DNA of 64,000 bases, taken from assembly GCF_037042905.1 (NCBI RefSeq), contig NC_087261.1, forward strand, positions 29,264,001-29,328,000, in the 5' to 3' direction. This document shows positions 12,509 through 24,708 of the stretch, in pieces. Both the position numbers and the translations under genes were made by a program. The notes under the pieces are model-generated. The model ran no database searches. It had not been told where the DNA came from and worked only from the letters and a program-made list of their open reading frames with translations. Positions within the stretch are counted from its first letter, which is position 1; each line of letters begins with the position of its first letter. This DNA comes from Lytechinus pictus (Eukaryota).

Positions 12509-14469
12509 ATGGCTTCAAGAAAAAACAGAAATGTTCGAGGACAGAAGGCTAAGAAGAGACCTCCCGACACTCCACAACAATCTCAAGTGGCAGAAGAATC
12601 CTCTGTGCCTTCTCCTGAGGATGCAGAGACGGAGGATAGGCCTATTCAGGCCCCAATCACTGCTCAGCCACACGACTCTCCTTGTGTTATTGGTAAGTAC
12701 AGCTGAGTTAGGAATATCAAAGTGAGAAAAGCAAGTCAATATGTTTTTATAATGAATTGAATTGTAATTTTGAAATATTTGTAATCAATTCTTATCTAAA
12801 TATTTGAAGAATTTTTGAGATGGAATGGAGTTTTATGTAGGCCTAAGTCATGTAAAGCTGTTTTTTCCATTATAAATTATCAGGCACCGTGAGGCCAGGC
12901 AGCACTGCTGCTACCACCAGCATCACCGCCGTCATCACCGCCACAAACTTTACTGCAGGTTCCACATCCACTGCCTCCACAGCTGCTACTCCTGCTACTG
13001 CAGATGAAGATGACGATGAAGATGAGACAGAAAAAGGCAGGGACACTGATGGAGAAAATGCCCAGCCCCCTGCAAAGAGAAGGCGTAAGGCCCCCGAGGC
13101 CTCCTGTCGTCCTTTCCGAAGAAGAAATGGTGGAGGTAGCTGAATTCCTCAAGGAGAACGATAGCCTGTATAACAAATCAAGAGACCTCTGGAGGGACAC
13201 CCAGGCCAGAGCACGTCTGTGGGATCAGCAAGGACAGGCCATGGACAAGACGGGGTTGGAGCTGCAACAGTGGTACGAGAGTCTGAGGACAAAGCTTGGA
13301 CGGCTAAAGAAGAAAGCACAAAAGAGTGGATCTGGAGCTGAGGTCCTTATGCCAACAAGCGCCTGCTGCAGCTTTTTGACTTCCTCACCCCTCACATGTA
13401 CGTTGTGCAAAGGAGGAACATAGTTAGTGTAAGTATACTTAACAACAACAAAAAACCAAAAAAAATTGTGAAATACATCATATCACGAAAAATTGAATAA
13501 AATTTAACAAAAAATTATTTTGAATTATTTTACATTAACTTTGATTTATATCTTAACATTTCCTCATCTCAAAACATTCTTTGCTTTGTATCTTTTCAGC
13601 TACAGGAACGTATTGAGGCCAGAGGACCAGCACCTCGGGAGGAGGAGGAAGAAGAAGAGGACCAGGAGCGAGGGGTGGAAAGACAGGTAGAGCCAGCCCA
13701 GCCACAAAACCAGGAGGAAGCTACCACTAATCAGCAGTCTTTAGATGGAGCCAGCAAGGAAAGCACTCCATTCCCCAGGGACAGCAGGTACAACAAGGGT
13801 AAGGCACCACAAAAGTCCCCGAGACAGCAGGAGACGGATGTTCTGGATCATCTTATCAAGAACCAGCAAAACAGCGAGCAGCTGATGGCCCTTTCTGCCC
13901 AGGTGTTGCGTACACTTGACAGGCCCCAGTCACAGCATCCAGACCGTGAGCAGTTCACTAACTACGTCGGTTCGGTGCTGCAGCAACTCCCTGATGACTT
14001 GTATAGGAAGGCAAACAGACTGCTGAGCAACTTGCTCCTTGACATACAAGATGAAGCCAGCACCAGACGTCAAGACTCTCTGTTCATGCAGCATCGACAC
14101 ACATCACTGCAACCTCCCTCGGATCCTCCAATAGCAAGACCTGGTACAAGTTCAGGGGTCACTCAACCCCCCTGCGGAGATGGATGGCAGCCCCCACCAC
14201 ACCTTTGGCCTACCAACCCAGTTTCCACCAGCGTTTGGCACTCCATGAAGCAGTCCTACATGGCGAACGTGATACCTGGGATGAACGACCATTCAACGCC
14301 CTCCTACACCACCATGCAGCCACGCTCCGCCAGCGCCCCTTCTCTCTCAGCAGGCAGAAGTTCTAGGGAGTCAAGTGACTTTAGTATGACAAGCTTCTTG
14401 GCAAGCCTGAATGATTCATCTCAGACGCCCCAGCAGCAGCAGACCCAGCAATGTTCACAGGAAGATTAG
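12509..14469 (+). pseudogene. Harbinger Myb/SANT (MADF) DNA-binding protein gene, 3 exons (12509-12692, 12884-13428, 13600-14469), two frameshifts in exon 2
   Basis: GT-AG introns with compatible phases. MADF-like EFLKENDSLYNKSRDLWRDTQARARLW...WYESLRTKLGRL. BESS-like REQFTNYVGSVLQQLPDDLYRKANRLLSNLL. Frame changes at ~13095 (C run) and ~13349. Confidence 0.85.
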
Positions 14470-14636
14470 GGTCACCAAATGCAGAGCAAGGATGGCAAAA
14501 AAATGAAAAGAATAAAAGCAATTGTGTTTTTGTTTTCCGGCTTTGGACTTTTTTGTTTATCAGACTTGTCATTAATGAGGAATGAGCCAGGAAGACGATG
14601 TAGATTTTTTTTTGGATTAAACATGAGAACAATACA

Positions 14637-15013
14637 GGGGAGGCAGTGTAGCTCAGTCGGTTAGAGCGCCTGTTCCGGAAAAGATCGTAGATCTCAACGT
14701 GCGTGGGTTCGAGTCCCGCAGCATGCCGGAAGACTTCTAACAAAAAAACTGATGCTAGCGTTGTGTGTTAACGTGCCTCACCGCTGTGTTCAGTGCGGGT
14801 GTGAATGCAGTTGGAAAACACTCCGTCCATCGGAAAGGACGCAAATGTTGGTCCCGTGTATAGGAGAGTCACAACCTATGCACGTTAAAACCAATACACT
14901 ATTCGTCAAAGAGTAGGGTGTTCACCCGGTGTATTGCACCTGCCGGTCCCCGGTACTACAATACTGCAAGAATCTTCAGGATTGAAGGAGGCAGTGTAGC
15001 TTGAAGAAGAAGA
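14637..15013 (+). mobile_element. tRNA-derived SINE with Deu/Nin-like central domain and (GAA)n tail, inserted in the Harbinger
   Basis: A box tagctcagtcgg, B box ggttcgagtcc. Central ccgtccatcggaaaggacg...ggtcccgtgt...gcacgttaaaa...cactattcgtcaaagagtaggg...cccggtgt resembles the DeuSINE/Nin domain. AATAC on both flanks. Confidence 0.8.
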
Positions 15014-15844
15014 ATACTGAGAAGGAAACGAACATAAATCGGTCTTTGTTTTCATTGATTTAGTTTTTAGGAGTTAGACCCTTTATCATTTATAAGTTTT
15101 TTATCATTGACTTGTGTTTTGCTATGTTTGTAAAGATTGTTTTTGTTGAATAAAGTACGCACAGGTTGCATATTAATGTTTAGAATTATCTTGCGTATGA
15201 TTTGTCATTCTTGAGTGAAACAAATCATTATTTCCCATCAATCTCTCTCTCTCTCTCTCTTAATGCTTTGGTTAAGAAATGAATACTTGTATTCGACTCC
15301 ATTAATAAATTCAAATTTGAAGATTTGGAACGTAGAATGAATCAAGAAATAACAATTCAGAAAATTTACATTGTTCACTTTATTGAACACTATGCAACTC
15401 CCTTTTAAGATACATTGCCTTGGCTACAAGCTTCTTTGGCAATTCAAAAACACATCATATCCAAGTACAATAACTGATAATAATACTTGATGCAACTCTA
15501 ATGTAGTACAAAATATTTTGGCAACTCAGTTACTCAGAAACACATCACTTTCATTAACTGATGTTTTTTTTTTTTTTATTGATTGATTTTTAAAAATCAA
15601 TAAGGTTTTTTGTAAATGCAACCTCACGGCATTTTGATTGAATTTTTTTTTACACACAAACATATTAGTCGCCGTTCAGACGACAAATCATGAACATTGC
15701 TTAATAATTATGACAATTAGTAATTTCAAGGCTCAACATCCATTGCAGTATTCTAACAAATGCTGGCAACAAAATAGTTAATCATAGTAATTGTCATCTT
15801 TATCTATGTCCACTTCAGGTAACAAAAGTTTATACTCCGTTATC

Positions 15845-17146
15845 TCAAATCATCCTCTCCTGCCAAGGAACTGCTCCTCCAAGAGGATTGTTGAAGTACA
15901 GTCTTAGGGTTTCACGCTGTGCTTTGGCCTCTGCTGTGTCGCGGAAGGGTCCTCTTGGAGTTGGTACTTCATGCATGGGAGCCATGTTCCTCCATTCTCC
16001 TGGTATGATGTTATGGTCGGTATCCTCTGTATCCAGCTGACCATGGTGCATGGCTGGGTGCCGTATTCCAATCAGGTTGTGGAGACAGACACATGTTTCT
16101 ATGATGTTACGCACAACATCAGGTTGTTGCTGTAGTGTTCCTAGAAGACACTGGAATCTGGCTGCTAGTATTCCGAAGGCATTTTCCACGACTCTTCGGG
16201 CTCTACTTATGCGATAGTTGTATATCCGCTCTGTACGATTCAGGTTCTTTCTCGAGTAGGGCTTCATCATGTGGGTTCGCAAAGCAAAGGCGTCATCCCC
16301 GATCATGAAATATGGCATGTTCTGGTTGTCATTGGTCATTGGCTCAGGTGGGGGGAATCCTATTTGACCACTCTCCACTGTCTCTTTGAGCTCAGATGCA
16401 TTGTATATATGCGCGTCAGACATGTGTCCTTGAGCACCGGTGTCTATCCACAAGAACCGGTAGTTAGCATCAACAAGTGCCATGAGGACTACTGAGAAGA
16501 AATGTTTATAATTATGGTAGAGACTGCCGGTGTTCTCTGGTTTCCTGAGTGCCACGTGCTTGCCATCAAGTGCCCCCATTACATGTGGAACGTTCCAATG
16601 CCTCTCGTATTCTTCAGCAATTGCACGCCATTCTTGTTCAGTGGTGGGACACTGGATCACTTCATTAGCATACTCATCCACTATGGCTTGACAGACTTCG
16701 GGGATAAACTTGCAAATGGTTTCTCGAGCAACCCTGAAACTGTATGACAGTGACGGATACCGATCGCCAGCTGCAAGGTGCCTTATGGTACAGGCTAACT
16801 TGAGACCAGGTTCAAGGGCTCTCCTGGCATTGGTATCGTCCTTCGTGAGCCTTGGTGCGAGTCTCTGGAGTAGTTCATCAAAAAATTCTGACGTAACTCT
16901 CAAGAAATTGAAAAATGCCGTTGTATCCTCCATTCTTAGTTCATTCAAGAGTCTGGTGTAGTGCCCATATAACAGCCTTCTCTCAGCTTGCAGCCATGGT
17001 CGAACCCAATAACGACGTGGTCTTCTTCGCCTTTTTCTCAGCCTCTTTCTCAGGACCTGAAGGGCTATTGCGTCTTGTTGCATAGTTTGTTGCTGGAGCA
17101 TAAAAACACAGCCCAGGGCTGCAGCGTTGCGAAGAAGTTGATCCAT
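15845..17146 (-). CDS. PIF/Harbinger DDE transposase (HARBI1-like), 433 aa, apparently intact
   Basis: Motifs GALDGKHV, SVVLMALVDANYRF, GHMSD, MIGDDAF, YNYRISRARRVVENAFGILAARF. N-terminal RRYWVRPW and HTH-like region. Confidence 0.95.
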   Translation of the reverse strand: MDQLLRNAAALGCVFMLQQQTMQQDAIALQVLRKRLRKRRRRPRRYWVRPWLQAERRLLYGHYTRLLNELRMEDTTAFFNFLRVTSEFFDELLQRLAPRLTKDDTNARRALEPGLKLACTIRHLAAGDRYPSLSYSFRVARETICKFIPEVCQAIVDEYANEVIQCPTTEQEWRAIAEEYERHWNVPHVMGALDGKHVALRKPENTGSLYHNYKHFFSVVLMALVDANYRFLWIDTGAQGHMSDAHIYNASELKETVESGQIGFPPPEPMTNDNQNMPYFMIGDDAFALRTHMMKPYSRKNLNRTERIYNYRISRARRVVENAFGILAARFQCLLGTLQQQPDVVRNIIETCVCLHNLIGIRHPAMHHGQLDTEDTDHNIIPGEWRNMAPMHEVPTPRGPFRDTAEAKAQRETLRLYFNNPLGGAVPWQERMI

Positions 17147-18267
17147 GTCTAGTATTGTCAGGAGGTGCAGCCTGCTTTTATACTCGACTGCCGATTTTGG
17201 CGAAAATCCGACCAGTATTGGGTCAGTGTCCGATTACCCTCCGAACAGCAACCGATTTGTCGGGTTGATGTCGGGAGAGTGTTGGAAGTGTCAGATTAGT
17301 GTCAGGCCACCCTCGAATTACAATCCGACCACATTCGAATCAATCGGACGCTGCCGATGAAAATGGCGGACAGACATCGGGCCGCTACCAGTCCTTCATC
17401 CGATTACCCCGATCAATGTTGGATCTTTATAGGATTTTACGGAAAACAGGGACCAAAAAGAGTGGATGTCGGGTGAATTTTCATCGGAACTCATCAGAGC
17501 GCTGACATTTTTGCAAAATTGGGATCAGATTGGCGTCAGATCAGGTTCCGATGGTCAGTGGAATGGGGGTATAAACCAGCTATTAAACATTTCGGTCACA
17601 AAAAAATTTAAGTATCCCATGAAAATATAGGTAAATGTCTATTAGTATACAGAAATTGGGGTCACACCTGGATGGGACAAGGGGTGATTTGTGACCTTGA
17701 ACTTGGCAACTTTTAGAAAAAATCCAACTTTGAGGGCACCTTACAAGAAATTGACGAGCATGGTAGGGCCACTTTTTTGTAGGTCTGTTCACTCTGTTGA
17801 GCAAGTCTTAGTCTTCAAATATGCATAATATTGGGTTCTAAGCTAATAGATTTTGGAAGTTATGAGCCTCCAAACATGCACCCCAAAACATTGACTTGGA
17901 CGCTTAACACCATTTTCGGCGACCTCGTGCGCAATAACGGCTGGTCAGATCCACGTCATAATATATTGTGTGTGTTAAGACTATAAAGTTCTTCCAATTT
18001 ACAGAAAATAAGTACTCTACCTCATCAAACTTGGCTGCAGCAGTCAATCATAATTAGTCAATTTTATTTCAACTCTATTGTTTGGCCACGCATTGGTTGC
18101 TAAGGGAGGCCATATCTTAGCAACCGTTTGACCTTGGGGTAAAATATTTCAGTTTTTTCCGTCAGACACTTGGGGGAACATTGGTGCGAATTTAAAGAAA
18201 ATAGAAGGGGGTCGGGTGACAAGCATTGGTTGATTTGATATGGATTGACCCTAAATAAGTTCCAATA

Positions 18268-18401
18268 CAGGGGCCGCGGAACGGTTTTCAAAGTGGGGGG
18301 GGGCTGACCATGCAAAAATATCACAATCATATGGTCATTTTTACGATTTTGTACAAGGTTTGGAAAAAAGTCCCCCCCCCCCCCCGCTTCCGTGGCTCCT
18401 G
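18268..18401. mobile_element. Short GC-rich TIR element (CAGGGGCC ends), 5-bp TSD CAATA
   Basis: caata|caggggccgcggaa...ttccgtggctcctg|caata. Same family as 32589-32751. Confidence 0.8.
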
Positions 18402-18601
18402 CAATATTTGGTGTACTACAACAGTAATTTTTTTCACCCCCCCCCCTTACTTCTCTCATTCCTTTGTTTGCTCAAGAAAAGTGATCTGAGTATGCAGCCC
18501 GATATCCCTGATAGTGACTTGTGCACTTCTGGTCAATCCTTATATTATGAAATTAAAACAATTTGTAATAGTATCATGCCAAGATCCACTTGTTGTTTTA
18601 A

Positions 18602-19180
18602 GGGGTACTCCAGGTTGAAAATAATATGATTTGAACAGAAAAAGAAAAATCAGACAAATGGAACACTCAAAATCAGACAAGCAATTCATAACAAAGTTAT
18701 TGCAATTTAAATTTGATTTGCATTATTGTGAAAGAGTTCTGGGCATGTCTTTAAAAATAAATACATTCATGAGTAAACTGATGTCGTTTCCCCACTTGTC
18801 CTTAAAATTGTATTTTATCACAATATATTATAGGGTGTTTATTCCTCCAATAATTAAATACTTGGATTGACAACTGATTTACTGCATTTATATTCACTGC
18901 TGTAACTTACTATATTACAAAAGAGGCATATAATTCACACATTATAAGAAAATGAAATAATTATGATTTCATGTGATAACATAAGAAAAGGAAAATGGTG
19001 TTGTGGTATCATCAGCCCACCTAATGAATTGTCATGACGACGTGCATGTAGCCAGTTTTCACAAAATATTGCTAAACTTAAGAATTAAATAACTTTATTT
19101 GTTATCAGATTTTGATGAAATGTTTGGCACATTGCTCAGTGAAATTAACTCCATTTCGATTACTTTCAGCCCGGAGTATC
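18602..19180. mobile_element. Kolobok-like MITE, degenerate
   Basis: ttaa|ggggtactccaggttgaaa ... ttcagcccggagtatc. Internal similarity to 30511-34190 and 51873-52380. Confidence 0.7.
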
Positions 19181-19922
19181 AGAGTCTGTATGTACAGACT
19201 ATTCTTCCTCTACCCATGGAACCTTATTTCCCTGCCTCCCTCTTCCTCATAACTTCTCACTTTCATTTTGATGGCACTCAAATTTACAGAGATGAAGGGG
19301 GAGTGGGGAGGGGTGGCGGTTACTCGGAAAAGAGGCCCAGTGATTTTTTTGAAATCTTTTTGTTTCATCACTATTTGGATGACATGACTAAAAATCTTGT
19401 GTTTTTCTCAATTCCATTCATCTTAAGTCTTGAAAAATATTGTTTCTTTGGGAAATGCATGGAGCTAGGGATACACCTGTAGCCCCCCCCCCCCCTATTC
19501 AGTGACTCATATCGGCTCCTCTCATTGCTTTGCTCTCTAAATTTTCTCAGGTGACCTCCCACTTTAACTATATGTACAAACTGTAACTGAAACTAATACC
19601 GCTATTAGTGACTATATAAAGCAAGATATGTTTTAATTAGAGTTATGATACTTTTCCTTTTCTTTTCTTTTTCTTTTAATTACCAATTTATTGCTCCTAG
19701 GCTAAAGAACATCACAAATAGGTGAATAAAAATAAAATTTAATAGAAAGTGAAACAAATTAATTGGGCCTACATAAAATAGGCCTGTATCTAAAAGTAAC
19801 AATCAAATAAAATGGAAATGATCAATCACATGCTAAGGTATACTATCTCACACCCTATTTTGCCAACACAAAGCAAGACTGTCCCAAATGATGTTGAAAC
19901 TTGAAAATGAAAAGTAGCTTAC

Positions 19923-20170
19923 CCCTTCTGAATCTGCTGCCAATTTTCACCTTGGATTCTGGATTTGACTCCAGGCTACAACAGATGATTGTAGACGGGT
20001 AGGCCTACAGGTGGTAGTTGCTAAAGATGTATTATCCAAATCCGAGTCCTAGTTTAAATTCTTGAGAAGGCTGAGAGGAGTAATTGGGTACTTTCTACGT
20101 CTCCGTCTTGAGGCTTGGGAGTCGAAACTTCAATCTTGACGACCGGGGCGGAAGCGGGGCGGGGTCACGT
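19923..20170 (-). promoter_or_regulatory. Candidate GC-box promoter and ATG-less first exon of a leftward gene
   Basis: Two GGGGCGG boxes and CGGAAG at 20143-20165. Minus-strand donor ggg|gtaagc at 19922. No ATG seen in the exon. Confidence 0.45.
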
Positions 20171-20854
20171 AAGAACCAGCCCCAGTCAACTGCCGAGTGC
20201 TCACAGAGTTCCGAAAAAGACTTGTGTATCAAGCAGCAGTAGGACTCATCAGCATTTCAAACGACTCTTTCTGTTTCAAATAGAGATAAATGATAAAACA
20301 AGGAGCTCCAACAAATACCCGAAAACTGATTATATACTTGGAAATGAAGACCCACCACAATTCCGCAATGATAACCAAGACCAATTGAGCTAACACGCGC
20401 CCATAGCGATGTGGACCCACTGTTGACAACAAGGGCTCCAATGGGCATGCATGCTCTTGAAGACGATAGGGCTTGGATGCGGGATAGTTACAGACAAACT
20501 GTTTGCCGACCTTCGGATTTGGTATTGGCAAAACAGCTTAACGGAGGAGATTAGCCGCAAGGGATCGATAACGGACCAAAGATGCGCTATTATCTGCCTG
20601 ACTGCTGACATCTTTTAAAAGGGAGCTATTGAATAGGGTGGACTAGGTCGTTATGTCTATCATTATCTCTTTTACAGAAACACCTTTTTTCTATGCAACC
20701 ATTACTCAATTTTATTGATTGGTTTTCAGGCATGATTCTCTAAAAAAACCGTTATAATCAAATGCACCGGTAGCTACTCATTTTGGGAGTAGATACAGGA
20801 TTGCTGGGAATGGGATAGGTCCCATTTTCAGAGTGCTAATAGGGGCTTATTTTC

Positions 20855-21835
20855 ATTTGGTCCAATGCCAATTCGTCCAATTGCCAACTCGTCTAATATC
20901 ATTTGGCCTACCATCAGTTTGCCCAATATCCACATGGTCTAATTGCCATTTCGTCTATACTCACCATTTCGTCCAATAACCAGTTGATCCAATAGCCATT
21001 TGGTCCATATATTATTTGGTCTTATTAGACTACTTGATTGGGCAAAATGAATGAAAATAAAACGAATATTAGACCAACTGGTTACGAGACGAAATGGGGA
21101 TAAGACGAAGTGATGATTGGACCAAATGGTTATAATGATAATGATTTTATAAACCGCAAATTCGCAAATTGCCTCTATATATAAGCGGTTAAGATAAAGG
21201 AAAAGGAAATATAAATAGAAGTACTTTGCACAACAAAATGCATCAAAACTAATATATATTACAATAATTTTACAACTAGTTCTCACCAGATCATGAATAA
21301 AGGAATACCATTAAATTGGCCGCCAAACACAATTATGATATGATCAATTTAAGATTTTAAAAGGTGACTTTTAAGCATAATTTTAAATTATTAGCACAGG
21401 GGGGGGGGGGTTGTTCCAAAGAAATGAAGCTGCGTAAGAGATAGAACGCTGACTTTACTTATTTTTCTTAAAGCTACAAAGGCAGACTTACATATAACAT
21501 CAACATTTTGAGACATGGAAAGGGATGAATCCATGACAGCACCAAGATTCTGCACTTTATTTGAAGGCTTAATTACAGACTGCCCGATCCTTACACTAAT
21601 TTGCGGAACATCAGAGCAATACTTAAAATGAAAGTGAACAAGTTCAGTCTTAGAATCAATTAAAGAAAGCTTATTCTGAAATGACCAAGTTCTAACATCC
21701 TTCAAACAATATTCTATTATTTGGATATAGTAATTTATTTGACTTAATGGTTGTTAGACGAAATGTTGATGGACGGAATGGCATGAGACTAAATGAAGGT
21801 AGATCATGTGGTGAGTGGACGAGTTGGCAGGTTAC
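20855..21835. repeat. Foldback-like repeat arrays (ttggtccaat / attagaccaa units) interrupted by an L2 fragment
   Basis: ~18-20-bp degenerate units in opposite orientations at 20855-21025 and 21025-21130/21750-21835. Confidence 0.65.
21455..21705 (-). mobile_element. L2/CR1-clade LINE ORF2 fragment
   Basis: DVRTWSFQNKLSLIDSKTE...VQNLGAVMDSSLSMSQNVDVICKSAFVALRKI matches the L2 RT C-terminal pattern. Confidence 0.85.
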
Positions 21836-21850
21836 CCTATTAGGGGCTAT

Positions 21851-22134
21851 TAATAATGATAATAATAATAATAGCTGTATTTATGAAGCGCCCTTTGCCT
21901 GATGATACAAAGCGCTGCTATTATTACCCCGGCTGTTGCTCGAGCTACCATCACCGGCGCTCAGTGCATGCAAGGAATGAATCCTGCCGGGTACCCATTC
22001 ACCTCACCTGGGTCGAGTGCAGCACAGTGCGGATAAATTTCTTGCTGAAGGAAAACACGCCATGGTTAGGATTCGAACCCACGACCCTCTGTTTGAAAGG
22101 CGAGAGTCAGAACCACTATACCACGACGCGCCCC
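21851..22134 (-). mobile_element. tRNA-derived SINE (SURF1-like)
   Basis: Minus-strand head ggggcgcgtcgtggtatagtggttctgactc, B box gggttcgaatcc, core cgacccaggtgaggtgaatgggtacc, L2-type tail with (att)n. Confidence 0.85.
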
Positions 22135-24376
22135 TACCCCTACCCAATACCCCTCCCAATGGGGGTATTAAAGGCACCCGACGTAAAGTAAGCATTGTTA
22201 GCGCGCGGCGGGGGGGGGGGCATTCCCCCTCAGAAATGTTGAAGTCTTAGATAATTTTTAATGCAAATATTCACAAAATTCACCAAAAGTTTGCACGAAA
22301 TCCTCAGATTTCACTTTAGAAATCGTCGGGGGGGGGGGGGGTTCAGCTCCCCGACCGGCGACGATATCGGCAATGAAGGTGAAAATCGAAGTACAAATAA
22401 AGGGGGTGCCTAATAATGTCATTACTTTCGCAGTCTCGTTATTCCTTTCCTTTTTTTTCTTTTCTTCCGTGTTCGTCTTCGTTTGCACTTTATTATTCCT
22501 CTTCTGCTCTTTTTGTTCTTCTCCTTCGAGTGCCTATTATTACTTTCTTTTCGTGTTTTTAAAATGTTTTTTCTTCTTCTTTTCCTTTTTCTTTTTTTTT
22601 CCTTCTTCTACTTTTCTGTTTTGTTTTGGACAGGAAGATGATAGATTCGTGGTTGATCATTCAGGAGGAATCGGGGCTTCAAAGAAATAATAAAGTAGAA
22701 AGGTTAAGCCTATTTTCACTTTATTTCCTCCATATGATAACATTCGACAAAACTACCCCCATTTTCAATATACATGTAGGCCCTGTATCATTATCCCATT
22801 TTTATTACATTATGTAAAGAAATGAGGTTTTATTGACTTTATGGTGTACATTATTTCAACATTGGGTAGTTGCCACTATACACCTTCCATTTATACCGAA
22901 AATACGGCCACATTCTTAATTAAAGGTCACAACAACAAAAAAGTTCATTTACCAACAAATCAGCGATCCGTGTGTATTGGAGAATATAATGGCTATAATG
23001 AGGGTTGTTTTAAAAGATCAGGTTATCAGTGAGTACCTAAAGTGAAAGTATTTAGTTTCAATAAAAAATAAAAATATTGTGGGTTGCCAAAAAAACTTTA
23101 TGTTATATTTTTCTTTACAAAGCTACCAAAATCAAGGAAATAAGCCTTTAAAATATGTGTTTATTTCATATTCAAGTCGAAACTCTTCCTTGTTAGCAAA
23201 TGTCAAGTCAGGTTTGTGGCAATTTTCAATGCATACGCCTATACAATCTTACTTGTACATTTTTTTTTATAGAAACTTAACAGGACTATATTGGTACAAA
23301 TTCTATGACAAATATTCGAGTTAGGTGCCTGCCAAACCCCAAAACCAGAAGGGTAGGATATTTTGTGCCAACATTTATGCTTAAAAGTGACCAGAGAATT
23401 GCATCTTTAAATGCCTACAACTTATAACAGCGTGATGACATCGAACAAATGGAGTTGCGTTCGGCTGGTTGCAAACTGTGTTGCCACCATGGCTGATCGG
23501 GGGGGGGGGGGGGCACATCCGGCTCGCCCCCCCCCCATTGAGAGTCATAAAGTTAAAAAAATAAAGAAAATATGCAATTTTTACCCAAGTGTGCCCCCCT
23601 TGAAAGTGAGGACCTTTTTTTATGCTTCTCATTTTTTTTGCAGACGAAATAACCTTAAATTTTAGGTGAAAATGTTTTTTGGGGGCTTGTCAAATTAATG
23701 TTTTTTTTATGTGTTAACGAGATCCCCTTTAAAACAAGAAAACAATATTCTCATTATTATATGTTACTACTTATGGAGGAAAAAAATAATCCTACGTGCC
23801 TATAAGTCATGTGAGTGGGGCATATAAGCAGTAGCGTACAGATGGGGGCTCTTGCCTCCCCCAATAAAAAATTACAACCAAGAAAAAAAAAGAAAAGGAA
23901 AAAGAGAAAGGGTGAAATATGATATTATATTCTCAATATTATATCAAAATCTATCACAAAATTGGATTTTCGTTATGTAATGTCAATTATCTGCTCGCAG
24001 CTTATGAATTTATACGTGATACGACATTATTTAGACCCTCAAAATTTTTGGCTCATTACACCACTGTAGATTAGTCATTTATTCTCTGTTTTGAGATAGT
24101 GTCCTTTTTCACTGCCCCCCCCCCCCACTTTCAACTTCGCCGCTCTGCCGCCCCTGCTTGCTCAGCCTCCATTTCAATACTACTTGTATTTAGGCCTACT
24201 TTGGTCAAAAGAAACAAAAACATGACGTCATATATTAATCAAAATGTTCGAGTGAATCGATAATCCAACTTTTGTGGTTTGTGAATCGTGCTTGCACAAA
24301 CCCCGAATGGATTTCCATAGCTCTCAAGAAACATGTATTTTCCTGACTCAAATGGCATCTATTGATTTGCACTTCA

Positions 24377-24648
24377 GGGCCCCATCTTACAAAGAGTTGC
24401 GATTGATCCGATCAATCATAACTATGGACGGCAAGCAACGTCAACATCTATTATGAAAGTTTGTTTAAAAAAAATCTAACTATGATGTATATTCATGCAT
24501 TCATTGTTTTCTTGAAAATTTACTGTGCTTCTCTTTGTTTACAATGGACATTGTTCAAATTTCCTGTAGAAAAAAATTACGACACTGATGGATTTCCATA
24601 GAGTTACGATTGATTGGATCAATCCTCACTCTTTGTAAGAAATAGGCC
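24377..24648. mobile_element. Harbinger-type MITE
   Basis: ggccccatcttacaaagagttgcgattgatcc versus ggatcaatcctcactctttgtaagaaataggcc. Confidence 0.7.
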
Positions 24649-24708
24649 TACATTGTCATGATTGTGCAGTTGCTGATCTAATGAAGATTAACACCTCCAG
24701 TCCAGTCT

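Larger units (their letters stand above)
11872..17571. mobile_element. Full-length PIF/Harbinger DNA transposon
   Basis: TIR tacccccattccac(a/t)g at both ends, 3-bp TNA flanks (TCA/TAA), subterminal regions rich in TCCGA/TCGGA, convergent transposase and MADF genes. Confidence 0.95.
10504..18251. mobile_element. Large non-autonomous TIR element (GGG...CCC ends, ~110-bp TIRs, superfamily unassigned) carrying the nested Harbinger
   Basis: gggtcaatcca...gtcacccgacccccttc...tcgcaccaaatgttccccaagtgtctgacggaaaaaaactgaaa at 10504-10617 is mirrored at 18147-18251. No clean TSD (taatt/taaat). Confidence 0.85.

Noticed and set aside
13004-13423. Stand-alone 139-aa ORF
   Set aside because: It is the middle segment of the frameshifted MADF exon 2, not a separate gene.
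14641-14727. Possible tRNA gene
   Set aside because: A and B boxes are present but the anticodon arm is irregular, and it continues into a SINE body and tail.
23829-24066. hAT-like MITE (cagtagcgta...tacaccactg)
   Set aside because: Ends look plausible but there is no matching TSD, so it was not listed as a defined element.
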